DNA of 63,579 nucleotides, the filler included, from Collodictyon triciliatum (Eukaryota): NCBI GenBank assembly GCA_043381765.1. It is 11 parts of 11 records of this genome, joined end to end, with 100 filler letters (N's around TTAATTAATTAA, not from the genome) between each part and the next. Parts side by side here need not be neighbours in the genome. Positions count along the whole stretch, not along the records: positions 1 to 5,974 come from JBHJMP010004797.1; positions 6,075 to 12,046 come from JBHJMP010004798.1; positions 12,147 to 18,116 come from JBHJMP010004799.1; 8 more parts are not named here. One strand, 5' to 3'. This document shows, in pieces, positions 1 through 12,302 of this stretch. The translations under genes were made by a program, and so were the position numbers. How positions within the stretch are numbered: the first letter of the stretch is position 1; the number at the start of each line of letters is the position of its first letter. The notes under the pieces were generated by a model that saw only the letters and a list, made by a program, of their open reading frames with translations, was not told the origin of the DNA and ran no database searches.

Positions 1-1
1 A

Positions 2-3000
2 GGAAGTTACAGTATAAGAGGTAGCTCAACTTGTACAGAGTGCTCACCTGGATATTTTGCACCGGATTTTACTGTGAATGGTTGTGGCAAGTGCCAAGCT
101 TGTCCAGAAGGCACGTACAACTCAAACTCCGGCTCATATGGAAACAAATCATGTATTGAATGCCCACAAGGCACTTGGAATGATAATGATGGTCAAGCAT
201 CGTGCACATCATGCCCAGCTGGTACATTCAACAATAAAACTGGCTCATTCGATCAATCATCATGCATTTCATGTCCAAATGGAAGCTACAGCTCAGAGAG
301 AAGCTCATCATGCAGCTTATGCTCATCAGGATTCTATCAAAAAGAAGACATCACGAAAGACTCACAATCATGCTATGCTTGTCCAAAAGGCACATTCAAC
401 TCAAACTCCGGATCATATGGAAATAAATCATGCATGGAATGTCCACAGGGCACTTGGAATGATAGAGAGGGTCAAGCATCATGCACATCATGTACAGCTG
501 GTTCATTCAACAACAAAACCGGCTCATTCAACCAATCATCGTGCATCCCATGTTCAAATGGAAGCTACAGCTCAGAAAGAAGCTTATCATGCAGCTTATG
601 CTCACCAGGATTCTATCAAAAAGAAGGAATAACAAAAGACTCACAATCATGCTACGCTTGTCCAAAAGGCACATACAACTCCAACTCCGGCTCATATGGA
701 AACAAATCATGCATCGAATGTCCACAGGGCACTTGGAATGATAGAGATGGCCAAGCATCATGCACATCATGTCCAGCGGGTACATTCAACAATAAAACTG
801 GCTCATTTAATCAATCATCGTGCATCCCATGTCCAAATGGAAGCTACAGCTCAGTCGGAAGCGCATCGTGCAGCTTATGTTCATCAGGATTCTATCAAAA
901 TGAAGGTGTCACAAAAGACTCAGACTCATGCTATGCTTGTCCAAAAGGCACATTCAACTCAAACTCCGGCTCATATGGAAACAAATCATGCATTGAATGC
1001 CCACAAGGCACTTGGAATGATAGAGAGGGTCAAGCATCATGCACATCATGTCCATCTGGTACATTCAACAACAGAACCGGCTCGTATAATCAATCATCAT
1101 GCATTTCATGTCCAAATGGAAGCTACAGCTTATCTGGGAGTGCATCATGCAGTCTATGCTTATCAGGATATTATCAAAAAGAAGGAATCACAAAATACTC
1201 AAACTCATGCTATGCTTGTCCAAAAGGCACATTCAACTCAAACTCCGGCTCATATGGAAACACATCATGCACCGAATGTCCACAAGGTACTTGGAATGAT
1301 AAGGATGGTCAAGCATCATGCACATCATGTCCAGCTGGGACATTCAACGATAAAACTGGCTCATTGAATCAATCATCATGCATTTCATGTCCAAAGGGAA
1401 GCTACAGCTCAGTCGGAAGCTCATCATGCTTTTCATGCTCACCAGGATTCTATCAAAAAGAAGACATCATAAAAAACTCACAATCATGCTACCCTTGTCC
1501 AAGAGGCACATACAATTCAATATCCGGCTCATATGGCAACAAATCATGTATTGAATGTCCACAAGGTACTTGGAATGATAAGGATGGTCAAGCATCATGC
1601 ACATCATGTCCAGCTGGGACATTCAACAATCAAACTGGTTTATTCAACCAATCATCATGTATTTCATGTCCAAAGGGAAGCTACAGTTCAGAAAGAAGCT
1701 CATCATGCAGCTTATGCTCATCAGGATTCTATCAAAAAGAAGACATTATAAAAGACTCACAATCATGCTACCCTTGTCCAAGAGGCACATACAATTCAAT
1801 ATCCGGCTCATATGGAAACACATCATGTATTGAATGTCCACAAGGTACTTGGAATGATAGAGATGGTCAAGCATCATGCACATCATGTCCAGCTGGTACA
1901 TTCAGCAATAGAACTGGCTCACTCGATGAATCATCATGCATTTCTTGTCCGAATGGGGGCTACAGCTCCGAAAGAAGCTTATCATGCAGTTTGTGTTCAT
2001 CAGGATTCTATCAAAAAGAAGGAATCACCAAAGACTTAAAATCATGCTATGCATGTCCAAAAGGCACATTCAACTCAAACTCCGGTTCATATGGCAACAA
2101 ATCATGCATTGAATGTCCACAAGGTACTTGGAATGATAAGGATGGTCAAGCATCATGCACATCATGTCCAGCTGGTACATTCAATAATAAAACTGGTTTA
2201 TTCAATCAATCATCATGTACTTCATGTCATAATGGAAGCTACAGCTCAGAGAGAAGCTCATCATGCAGCTTATGCTCATCAGGATTCTATCAAAAAGAAG
2301 AAACCATAAAAGATTCCAAATCATGCTATGCTTGTCCAAAAGGTACATTCAACTCAAACTCCGGCTCATATGGAAACAAATCATGTATCGAATGTCCCCA
2401 AGGCACTTGGAATGATAGAGAGGGTCAAGCATCATGCACATCATGTCCAGCTGGGACATTTAACAACAAAACGGGCTCATTCAATCAATCATCATGTACT
2501 TCATGTCATAATGGAAGCTACAGCTCAGAGAGAAGCGCATCATGCACATTATGTTCATCAGGATTCTATCAAAAAGAAGAAATTACAAAAGACTCAAAAT
2601 CATGCTATGCTTGTCCAAAAGGCACATTCAACTCAAACTCCGGCTCATATGGAAAAAAATCATGTATTGAATGTCCACAAGGTACTTGGAATGATAGAGA
2701 TGGTCAAGCATCATGTTTATCATGTCCAGCTGGTACATTCAACGACAAACCTGGCTCATTTGAATTATCATCGTGCATTTCATGTCCAAACGGAAGCTAC
2801 AGCTTAAGTGGAAGCGCATCATGCAGTTTGTGCTCATCAGGATTCTATCAAAAAGAAGGTATCACAAAAGACTCTAAATCATGCTATGCTTGTCCAAAAG
2901 GCTCATTCAACTCAAACTCTGGTTCATATGGAAATGCATCATGTATTGAATGTCCACAAGGTAGTTGGAATGATAGAGACGGCCAAGCATCATGCACATC

Positions 3001-5860
3001 ATGTCCAGCTGGTACATTCAACAACAAAACGGGCTCATTCAATCAATCATCATGTACTTCATGTCCGAATGGGAGCTATACTCCAGAAGGAAGCGCATCA
3101 TGCAGCTTATGTTCATCAGGATTCTATCAAAAACAGGGAATCAAAAAAGACTCACGTTCATGCTACGCTTGTCCCAAAGGCACATTCAACTCAAACTCCG
3201 GCTCATATGGAAACTCATCTTGTATTGAATGTCCACAAGGTACTTGGAATGATAAGGATGGTCAAGCATCATGCACATCATGTCCAGCTGGGACATTCAA
3301 CAATCAAACTGGTTCATTCAATCAATCATTGTGCATTTCATGTCCAAACGGAAGCTACAGCTCAGTCGGAAGCGCATCATGCAGTCTGTGCTTATCTGGA
3401 TTATATCAAAAAGAAGACATTATAAAAGACTCAAAATCATGCTACGCTTGTCCAAAAGGTACATACAACTCAAACTCCGGCTCATATGGAGACAAATCAT
3501 GCATTGAATGTCCACAAGGTACTTGGAATGATAAGGATGGACAAGCATCATGCACATCATGTCTAGCTGGAACATATAATAACAAAACTGGCTCATTTTA
3601 TTTATCATCATGCATTTCATGTCACAATGGAAGCTACAGCTCAGAAAGAAGCTCATCATGCAGCTTATGTTCACCAGGATTCTATCAAAAAGAAGACATT
3701 ATAAAAGACTCACAATCATGCTACCCTTGTCCAAGAGGTACATACAACTCAAACTCCGGCTCATATGGAGACAAATCATGCATTGAATGTCCACAAGGTA
3801 CTTGGAATGATAGAGATGGTCAGGCATCATGCACATCATGTCCAGCTGGGACATTCAACAATAAATCTGGCTCATTCAATCAATCATCATGCATTTCGTG
3901 TCCAAACGGAAGCTACAGCTTAAGTGGAAGCGCATCATGCAGTTCATGTCCCACACGCTCAACAACAACCAAAAAAGGTTCTAAATCAATCGATGAGTGC
4001 AAATGCATATATTCTTATGTATCATTCAATAGTGCTTGCACATGCCCTCCGGGACAGTTTGAGGATGGAAGTGAATGTGTTCCATGCAGACTTGGCTCAT
4101 ACAAACCAACAAATGACACGAATTTCTGCCTTTCATGCGGAGATAAGTTTACGACAAAAAATAATGGCTCGATTACTTCAATCGATTGCGTTTGTAGTAC
4201 TGGATTTGAAATCAGGAACTCCACTTGTGAATGCAAACCTGGATGGTATGAAAAGCAAAAGAACTGTTACGAATGTCCACCAAGCACTTACAATGAAAAT
4301 TATGGACAGACATTGTGCAAAGAATGCCCAATAAATTCATTCACAAATATGACTGCATCAATATCTATTTCAGAGTGTAAATGTATTCCATCTACATATC
4401 TTGACGCAAATACCAAGCAATGCAAAGATTGTCCAAAAGGCTTTATATGTGATGGAACCAGTCAGCCGAGTGTTGCACCTGGATATTGGCAAGCGCCAAC
4501 ATCAAATGGAGAATACATAGCTTATAAATGTCTTAATGAGGATGCTTGCAACGGAGGGAATAGCACATGTGCAACAGGATATACCGGAGCTTTATGCAGT
4601 GTTTGTGAAAAGGCTTTTGGTAAGACTGGTGTCTATTGTACTAAATGCCCCAACCAAAGAACCAGCGGGTTTTTAGTATTCCTCAGTATTGCGGTACCTC
4701 TGCTGTTTGTATTGTTCATGATAGAGCAATCAAGACAACCAAAGACGGCAAAAATACAGATTCTAAAAACACTTGCATCTCATTTCCAAGTTTTATCATA
4801 TCTGGCGAACTTCGATGTCGACTGGAGCTCCACTATAATCTCAATAATGAAAATTCCAGCTCTCTTTTCATTCTCATTATCAATAGACACGTATCCGATG
4901 GAATGTAGATTTGAAATGACAATTTATGATAAAGTTCTGTATTCGATGATGACCCCTTTGATATTGATAGTGGTTGTTCTTTTCATAGTTACAGCCAAGA
5001 TGACGTGGAAACTAAGAACCAATCAAATTAATAGCAGAGATGTTACCTTCTTCAAAATCAACCAAGAGTTAATTTTTTCCATGCTGGTTATGCTATTTTT
5101 TGTTCATCCCACGATTATGTCGTCAATATCAAACATCTTCCGTTGCGAGAGGTTTGGTGATGAAAGTTACTTGAAAGCTGACATGTCCATAATGTGTGAT
5201 GATGCAACATACCTCGCTTGGAAAAACATCGCTCTCGTTTACGTGATTATGTATTGTTTTGGTGGCCCATTTATTCTCGCTGCATACATGTTCTACAAAA
5301 GGTCATCACTGATTGACCCGGCATCTGATACTTACAACTTACTCCGATTTTTGGTTGATGGATACACCGAAGAATGTTTTTACTGGGAAATTGTGACTAT
5401 GATGCAAAAGCTCCTAGTCGTTTTGATAAGTATTTTCTTTTCTTCAGCCTTGCAAATTTACTTCGGACTATGGTTACTATTATTGACGATTGCATCATCT
5501 CTGTACTTCAAGCCATTCATGTCCAATGTGCTCAGGAAGTCACAACTTTACTCAATATCGGTCATTTACTTCACCTTGATGACAAGCCTTATCTTCAGAT
5601 ATACAGAACTTAGTGTATTTTCCGAATATGTTCTTGTGGCACTGGTTGTTTTGTTGAACGGAATTATTACAGCAGTATCTTTAATGAAAGCTGGGCCTGC
5701 TTTGCTTGTGTCTTTCTTGGTGAAAATAGAAATATTTGTAGAGCCAATTTACAAATTCGTGATGAAATCGTCCGCCATCTCTTACATAAAAAACAAATGG
5801 ATTATTACCAGAGAAGAACAGGAAATGAAGGATTTCAGTGATGCTACAACAACTCTTTAA
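2..5860 (+). CDS. Giant Cys-rich (ephrin-receptor-like/GCC2-GCC3-type repeat) cell-surface protein with a C-terminal multi-pass TM domain; 5'-partial, intronless
   Basis: The frame is open from base 2 (GSYSIRGSSTCTEC...) to TAA at 5858-5860. It has repeated CxxCPxGTF/Y/W modules, then a C..GYTGALCSVC module, then about 7-9 hydrophobic segments including the LVDGY...FYWEIV...KLL motif. Confidence 0.9.
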   Translation, partial: GSYSIRGSSTCTECSPGYFAPDFTVNGCGKCQACPEGTYNSNSGSYGNKSCIECPQGTWNDNDGQASCTSCPAGTFNNKTGSFDQSSCISCPNGSYSSERSSSCSLCSSGFYQKEDITKDSQSCYACPKGTFNSNSGSYGNKSCMECPQGTWNDREGQASCTSCTAGSFNNKTGSFNQSSCIPCSNGSYSSERSLSCSLCSPGFYQKEGITKDSQSCYACPKGTYNSNSGSYGNKSCIECPQGTWNDRDGQASCTSCPAGTFNNKTGSFNQSSCIPCPNGSYSSVGSASCSLCSSGFYQNEGVTKDSDSCYACPKGTFNSNSGSYGNKSCIECPQGTWNDREGQASCTSCPSGTFNNRTGSYNQSSCISCPNGSYSLSGSASCSLCLSGYYQKEGITKYSNSCYACPKGTFNSNSGSYGNTSCTECPQGTWNDKDGQASCTSCPAGTFNDKTGSLNQSSCISCPKGSYSSVGSSSCFSCSPGFYQKEDIIKNSQSCYPCPRGTYNSISGSYGNKSCIECPQGTWNDKDGQASCTSCPAGTFNNQTGLFNQSSCISCPKGSYSSERSSSCSLCSSGFYQKEDIIKDSQSCYPCPRGTYNSISGSYGNTSCIECPQGTWNDRDGQASCTSCPAGTFSNRTGSLDESSCISCPNGGYSSERSLSCSLCSSGFYQKEGITKDLKSCYACPKGTFNSNSGSYGNKSCIECPQGTWNDKDGQASCTSCPAGTFNNKTGLFNQSSCTSCHNGSYSSERSSSCSLCSSGFYQKEETIKDSKSCYACPKGTFNSNSGSYGNKSCIECPQGTWNDREGQASCTSCPAGTFNNKTGSFNQSSCTSCHNGSYSSERSASCTLCSSGFYQKEEITKDSKSCYACPKGTFNSNSGSYGKKSCIECPQGTWNDRDGQASCLSCPAGTFNDKPGSFELSSCISCPNGSYSLSGSASCSLCSSGFYQKEGITKDSKSCYACPKGSFNSNSGSYGNASCIECPQGSWNDRDGQASCTSCPAGTFNNKTGSFNQSSCTSCPNGSYTPEGSASCSLCSSGFYQKQGIKKDSRSCYACPKGTFNSNSGSYGNSSCIECPQGTWNDKDGQASCTSCPAGTFNNQTGSFNQSLCISCPNGSYSSVGSASCSLCLSGLYQKEDIIKDSKSCYACPKGTYNSNSGSYGDKSCIECPQGTWNDKDGQASCTSCLAGTYNNKTGSFYLSSCISCHNGSYSSERSSSCSLCSPGFYQKEDIIKDSQSCYPCPRGTYNSNSGSYGDKSCIECPQGTWNDRDGQASCTSCPAGTFNNKSGSFNQSSCISCPNGSYSLSGSASCSSCPTRSTTTKKGSKSIDECKCIYSYVSFNSACTCPPGQFEDGSECVPCRLGSYKPTNDTNFCLSCGDKFTTKNNGSITSIDCVCSTGFEIRNSTCECKPGWYEKQKNCYECPPSTYNENYGQTLCKECPINSFTNMTASISISECKCIPSTYLDANTKQCKDCPKGFICDGTSQPSVAPGYWQAPTSNGEYIAYKCLNEDACNGGNSTCATGYTGALCSVCEKAFGKTGVYCTKCPNQRTSGFLVFLSIAVPLLFVLFMIEQSRQPKTAKIQILKTLASHFQVLSYLANFDVDWSSTIISIMKIPALFSFSLSIDTYPMECRFEMTIYDKVLYSMMTPLILIVVVLFIVTAKMTWKLRTNQINSRDVTFFKINQELIFSMLVMLFFVHPTIMSSISNIFRCERFGDESYLKADMSIMCDDATYLAWKNIALVYVIMYCFGGPFILAAYMFYKRSSLIDPASDTYNLLRFLVDGYTEECFYWEIVTMMQKLLVVLISIFFSSALQIYFGLWLLLLTIASSLYFKPFMSNVLRKSQLYSISVIYFTLMTSLIFRYTELSVFSEYVLVALVVLLNGIITAVSLMKAGPALLVSFLVKIEIFVEPIYKFVMKSSAISYIKNKWIITREEQEMKDFSDATTTL
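101..3950 (+). repeat. Coding tandem repeat, 279-bp (93-aa) unit, about 14 copies
   Basis: The TGTCCAxxAGG motif recurs at about 101, 380, 659, 938 ... 3728 with constant 279-nt spacing. Confidence 0.92.
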
Positions 5861-5878
5861 AAAGATTACATTTGATTT

Positions 5879-5974
5879 CTCACTCACTCACTCACTCACT
5901 CACTCACTCACTCACTCACTCACTCACTCACTCACTCACTCACTCACTCACTCACTCACTCACTCACTCACTCA
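5879..5974. repeat. (CTCA)n microsatellite at contig end
   Basis: Directly visible. Confidence 0.95.
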
Positions 5975-6074
5975 NNNNNNNNNNNNNNNNNNNNNNNNNN
6001 NNNNNNNNNNNNNNNNNNTTAATTAATTAANNNNNNNNNNNNNNNNNNNNNNNNNNNNNNNNNNNNNNNNNNNN
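5975..6074. other. Artificial contig spacer N44-TTAATTAATTAA-N44; also at 12047, 18117, 22764, 28825, 34886, 40948, 47008, 53066, 59123
   Basis: The same 100-nt linker, with stops in all six frames, occurs ten times. Confidence 0.98.
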
Positions 6075-6410
6075 AAAAAAAGGATAAAAAAAAGGATAAA
6101 AAAAAGGATAAAAAAAAGGATAAAAAAAGGATAAAAAAAAGGATAAAAAAAAGGATAAAAAAAGGATAAAAAAAGGATAAAAAAAGGATAAAAAAAGGAT
6201 AAAAAAAGGATAAAAAAAGGATAAAAAAGGATAAAAAAGGATAAAAAAAGGATAAAAAAGGATAAAAAAGGATAAAAAAGGATAAAAAAGGATAAAAAAG
6301 GATAAAAAAAGGATAAAAAAGGATAAAAAAGGATAAAAAAGGATAAAAAAGGATAAAAAAGGATAAAAAAGGATGAAAAGGGATAAAAAAAGATAAAATA
6401 GATAAAAAAA
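6075..6410. repeat. (A6-7GGAT)n minisatellite
   Basis: Directly visible at contig start. Confidence 0.93.
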
Positions 6411-6459
6411 AGATAAAACATCCAAAGAAAGAAGAAAAAGGAATGAAAGAAAACATATT

Positions 6460-9400
6460 GATTATTGCCAGTATTTAGTGTCACCATTTTTTTAATGGCT
6501 ATCAAAAGCAATCGAAGATAAAAGCCTGAACGCCTTTCGGTATGAAGAAGCTTATGCGATAATACACCAATTATCTGTGGGCAATGAGCAGCAATATTTT
6601 CAAGGATCTAAAGCAGGAATAGTAGAAAGATTTTTTTAAGATTGCATATATAAATGAAAAGGTATAAAAGATGGGCAAAGATGCATAATTTTAAAACAAA
6701 CCCCGTTCGGTGAATGTGGTGAAGGTACACTATCATTTTGCCTTGCACATCGACATAGAGATGATATCTGTGGGGTTTAAAATAAAATGAGGGTCGTTTG
6801 TTTTACGACAGAAATGCAATATATTACGCAAGCTTCAGGATAACGAAATGGCAAATCTGACGCAAGAAATTATTTTTTTTACCCCATCTCCAAGAATCAT
6901 CCTTTTTTCGTAATAGCAGCAAAGTTCCTCGTATGAAACCATGGCTAGATGTGAAACATCTTTTTTTGGACTATTCATATAGCCCACTATCTGAGGTACC
7001 AAGTCGGTACTGATGACCATGACAATAAAAGAGTTAATGAAATGAATTTGAAATTATTAAAGCAATATATATCTTACGAGTAATCGGCTCAAGATAAAAA
7101 AAATTATATATCATAAAAAATACCCATTATTCTAAAGTGATACATATTTATTGAAAAAACTTACAGTATGTATATAAGTTCCTCAGGATGATGTCTGACC
7201 CATTGCCTCAACAAATATAATAAAGGTATTGTATGAGAGGGACCTCCTGACTCCAAGGCAACCAGAATATGCTAATTACAAATATCATGAGGCTTAAAAA
7301 TGATAAAATATAATAGAATTTGTATATTTGATATTAATGTGTTACGGACATGTGGTTTGCATAGATTAATATTTGGCGGAGGTGGCAAGTCATCCTTGGG
7401 CAATATGTCCATACGTTGCCTCCTCATAGGCTTCCTCATTTTTTCGACTCTTCCGTCGAGCGGATCTGAAGCTGCGACACTGGATGAATTTATTTTTTTG
7501 ATATGTGTTTTATTTTCCACAGTACACTTTTTAGGAGGTCTAGCGTCTGCAGTCTTTCCTTCTTTTAATCCTTGAGTTCGTTTTCGAAGCCTATATTTGA
7601 ACTGCGAGGATTTAGAAATATCTTTACTGTCATTCATTTTCCGAGTTAACTCTAGAGTATTCCTTTCTGCATCTACGGCCTCTCCAGAGAATTTACCACG
7701 ATGAATAGGTGCGCTGATACAAGCAGAAGTGGAAGGAAGACAAAATTTTGATTGCAGCTTTGCATTTCCATGGGGTTGGTTATCAATGCTATCTGATTTT
7801 ATTTCTGTATGAATAGTATTTTCTGATAAGTAAGTTTCCTTTTGGTATTGCTGAACCTCGGATGATATAGGAGAGCGAAGAATTGATGTCAATATGCTTG
7901 ATTGCTGATTCGCATCATTGAAAAGGTCTTGTCCGGAGAGGTTGAAAACTGTGGAAGAATCATACATAATATGCTGATTAATAGATTCAACAAACTCTTG
8001 GATGCTTTCTCCTTGTGACTGTATTAAATGGCATGGGGATTTAATTTGGTTCAAATATGTTCCTGGTAACAATTTAGACATTTTTTTCTGTTTCGATTTA
8101 TGACCTTTTTCATCTTTAGTTGATGTATGAACTGATTCGATTGACACACTTGAAGTTAAGGAGCAAGCAAATACAGTATTACTAATAGGTTCCATGAATA
8201 ATGGACTCTCAGAGAAAGTGGCTATGTAGTTTTGGCAAGGAGGATTCATATAGCCTGATACATCCGCCACTGGGTCCGTATCAATTATAATCTGGCTTAA
8301 TTGTTGCAAATTGTGCATATCCTTCGGATTTATGGTTTTTGTAACAGTCACCCCAGAAGAATCAACATCAGACATCATTCTAATTTGTACTTCGGGTATA
8401 CTTATAGGCGATGATATTCTTGAATTTTGTATAGTTGAAATATTTGTCGTTCTAATAGCGCCTATTACAGATTGTTGAAGCATATGCTGCTGTGAAAAAT
8501 CCGCGCCGAGAGCGACATCAGACTTTTTTACTGTTGAATTAGTCAAAGGATTACATAGTTCATCCATGGTTTCTTGAAATGCACATTTCTCGGATGGATT
8601 AGATTGATTTTGACATGAAACTATTGCTTCACCATTTTCTAGTAGTCTCTCAGATATATGAACTCCAATTTGATTCCAATTAGCTTCATACTTTGAACAA
8701 AGCATGGCTTCGACCTCCTGCCCATCTTCAAAGTCTTTATCATAAGATCGGGCACCGGATTTTCTATCAGTGACTTCACTTATTTTAGATATGTCATCTG
8801 CAGTTGTAAATAGTCTGGGGTCTACTCCACGTGGAGAGTATAGCTTACTAATTGGTGCGCTTACTTGATCTGTGATACCACCTCTGTCTCTCACGTCTCC
8901 CGTAGATTTCCACGAGGATTTTTCTAAGGAATTTCCATTATTGCCGACATAATTGCAAGGATGGATATCTTGAACATAAGTTATGTTGGGTGTTATATTT
9001 AACTCACTGGGTGGGATATGCTGTCCTTTGCCATGTATTATATTAGGAGCTTCAGAACAATCCTCGTTTCTGCTAGTTACAAGTAGCTGATCCCCAATTT
9101 TTTCATACGTATGATTCTTGTATCCGGATGGATGTGTAGGATACTCATCAGGAGGATGTAGGGGCGTCTGCATCGGGCTTGGATTCATTAGATATGCAGG
9201 TGAGTTATAGAATTCTCTCATGTACCCATAAAATTTTTCAAAATCCAGTTTGATTCTTGAATACAATTCCTCCTTGGCCCTTAATTCTTCCTCATTCAAG
9301 CACTTAATCATCATTTCGTGGTGATAGCGAAAATACATCATGTGATAATAGTAGAAAGGATTCATAATCATGGTTCTTAACCAATTCAAATACATACGGT

Positions 9401-11447
9401 CACAAAAATCATGGGTGCTTGTAGATTCGCTACTTTGGTCCTCCGATTCGTCGATGCAGCTACTTTCTTCGTTAACATTGTGCAATTTGTCTTGAAAAAT
9501 ATTCGATTGCGGACACTCGATATCAGCAGAATAAGAAGTTGATAGGTCATTTCTATTGATAGGAAAAATGACTCTTCTTGGTGTAGTATCTGCAAGCTCA
9601 GATACGAATGAAACGCCACTGGGCTTTGAGTGACTTAAAACATTATCTGAATGGTCTCTTGGCAAAAAATCGGGTTCTTTAAGTGACATCGGTTCACGCA
9701 TAGCAATATTTATGTTTTGTTCATTAATTGTAGCTGATATAGGAGAATAAGCAAGAAGTGATATCTTTTCTGTGACCATGTTCTCAGCATTGCCGGTGGG
9801 ACCTTTTACACAGGAGTCATCAACGGTATTTGTTAGCTCAGTCTCTGTTAGATTCAGAACTGTAGTGTAGGCTTGTCCTCTGATTAATCTTTCTTCAATC
9901 AGATTTCCCCCGTAAGTTTGTAGATTTGAATTTTCAGGGGGTTCATTATGTGATAATTGTAAAATATCCGATGCACAATCTTGGTCAGCATGCGAGTCTA
10001 AAATATTACTCCCAATCTTGGGTTGACATACATCATTTACATATTGCACCTGACCACAGGCAATATAATATTCATCGTCGTTGGTGATCTCGGGGGCGTA
10101 GTCGAAAGATTCGTGCAACTCATAATCATAATCCGTCGCTCCTTCCGTTTCGTTGGGAGGAACCTCATCGGCCGTAATTTCTTGTATCGACAAATCCGAA
10201 TTATACCGAAGAGTAGCCATATGATTTATGTCATTTACATTATTTTCTTCTACATTTCTAGCATATAAATCGATGTTTTCATCCACCAAATTATCTTCTT
10301 GAGCAAAAAATTCACGTCTTGCCTCGGTTTCTTTGGCGTCACTATATGTTTCTTCCTGAGCATCTCTCGGTTGGATAGCAGAGCCATGATCAGAGATGAA
10401 AAGTGGATCAATACTATCCGAAGTTGCAGACTGAGTTTGTGGGAAATGTTTGGATACTTCATCATGTTTTTCTTGTAGTCTTGTCTCTTTAATGAATGGG
10501 GGCATTGTCCCAAAAGAAAAGGAATGTTGAAGGAAATCTGCAATCTTTTGATTTTCCTGTTCGGATAAATATTCCTGATTTGGTATGATGTCTAGTGAAT
10601 GAAAAGCTTTACTTTCCTCTATGACGTTTGGAACCACCCTCGCTGGTTGACTACAAACAAGCATGCCTTCAGATGACCCCGATGAGATGTCTGAATGTAT
10701 CACCGCAGAAACACTGGGAGAAGGAGCAGTCGAAAGTCCTCCGAGTTTTTCATTGGAGTTTTTTTCATCAAGAAGGGATGTTTTTGGTAGTATGTTACTC
10801 TTTTGTAGCGTCTCTGTTGGATCCTGACGCTCTTCTCCCTCTTTGGTAATGTTTAAATATGGTTTCTTAAAATGAGCCTGTTTTCTATCTACTGAATAAC
10901 AAGGCGATATTTTTCCACTGCAACGAATTCCGTCTTCTGGGATTCTAACAGGAGAAGTGAGTATGGGCTTCAAGCCCTTCGTAGGGTGATTGACAGAGGT
11001 TGCCGCAACAAAGTTTTGATTGTGGGAAGGAGAATCGACTACAGCACGTTTACAGGGTGAATTTGGCTTTGATATTAAGGAGTAATTAAGAGAGCTTTTC
11101 TTTTGTGGCGATTTGGTATTTGGGATGTTTCCATGCTTGTTGGAGCAGAGTTCACCCGAGGTTGTCTCTTGTAAAGTCTTTTCAATACGCATCGGCCCTT
11201 TGTTACACGAGTGAGACCGAAGCCTCCATTTCAGTCTGCTGCGAACAGTCTGAGGCGGAGCCGATGTTGATATTATGCCTTCAGTGGAGTCGACACTACT
11301 CGTTCCATGGAGTTTTGAGGCAAAGGAATTAGTGACTTGCTTGCGGCTCCGTAAACGTCGACCAGTCATACTCCCTTTCTCAATACCACCTACTAGATTC
11401 TGTGCGTGGTTTTCCCTCCCCCTGTGACTTTCTTTTCTTGCTTTCAA
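6460..11447 (-). CDS. Large hypothetical protein: about 4.1-kb low-complexity Ser/acidic exon followed by small exons encoding a helical C-terminal region; ends uncertain
   Basis: The 1391-aa ORF splices (GT-AG) after ...NLCKPH to HILVALESGGPSHTIPLLYLLRQWVRHHPEELIYI (about 7165-7271). Further exons lie at about 6881-7030, 6703-6767 and 6460-6607 (ILENIAAHCPQIIGVL...). Confidence 0.7.
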
Positions 11448-11914
11448 TACAGTTGCGACGGCTTCGTCTGTGACTATACCGCTTGCTTGGTTTCTCAGGC
11501 AGATGGCGAGGATCTGGATCAGTGTTTAGCCTTTAGCAAATAATTTGCTTGTACTATGAAATACTATCTATTATTTTCCCTCTCTTTGATCTTAGTTATC
11601 ACTCATTGCGCCCATCCCGCACTTATTGGTCCTGGCCCTTCTCTATTGGTGCGGGAATGTATTGTTTCTTCAGTCCCCCCAACGACACACTAAATATGCA
11701 GACTCTGACACAAACAGATCGATCTTTCGTTTGGCGATGCACCTGCCATAACTATTCTATTTGTGGAATAGTGAATAGGCCCGAGGAGGTAGGTTGCTTC
11801 TTGAAAGAGGGTGGGTGCTGGTGCTTCTGTACTAGGGTAAGCACAAGGCTCGGGAAGTGTCTTCACAAAAAGGTGTGATGGCCACAATAACAAGTAGATT
11901 AATGATAATGACAA

Positions 11915-11916
11915 TG

Positions 11917-12008
<92 letters not shown>
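11915..12008. repeat. (AAT)n microsatellite
   Basis: Directly visible. Confidence 0.95.
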
Positions 12009-12146
12009 TTATTCCGTCTCAAAAATCTTTCATTCAACCATCAGGANNNNNNNNNNNNNNNNNNNNNNNNNNNNNNNNNNNNNNNNNNNNTTAATTAATT
12101 AANNNNNNNNNNNNNNNNNNNNNNNNNNNNNNNNNNNNNNNNNNNN

Positions 12147-12296
<150 letters not shown>

Positions 12297-12302
12297 ACAA
12301 AC

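Noticed and set aside
78-3674. His/Met-rich alternative-frame ORFs overlapping the repeat gene
   Set aside because: They are shadows of the TCA/TGC codon bias in the Ser-Cys repeats and are repeatedly interrupted by stops.
101-3950. Repeat array as a CRISPR-like structure
   Set aside because: There are no unique spacers; it is an in-frame coding tandem repeat in a eukaryote.
5975-6074. Regularly spaced TTAATTAATTAA palindromes every ~6 kb
   Set aside because: These are artificial six-frame-stop linkers within N runs, not biology.
6019-6511. Poly-F/L/K/N/CV ORFs here and at 11690, 17781, 22808, 42246, 44304, 60225, 61577
   Set aside because: They are translations of microsatellites.
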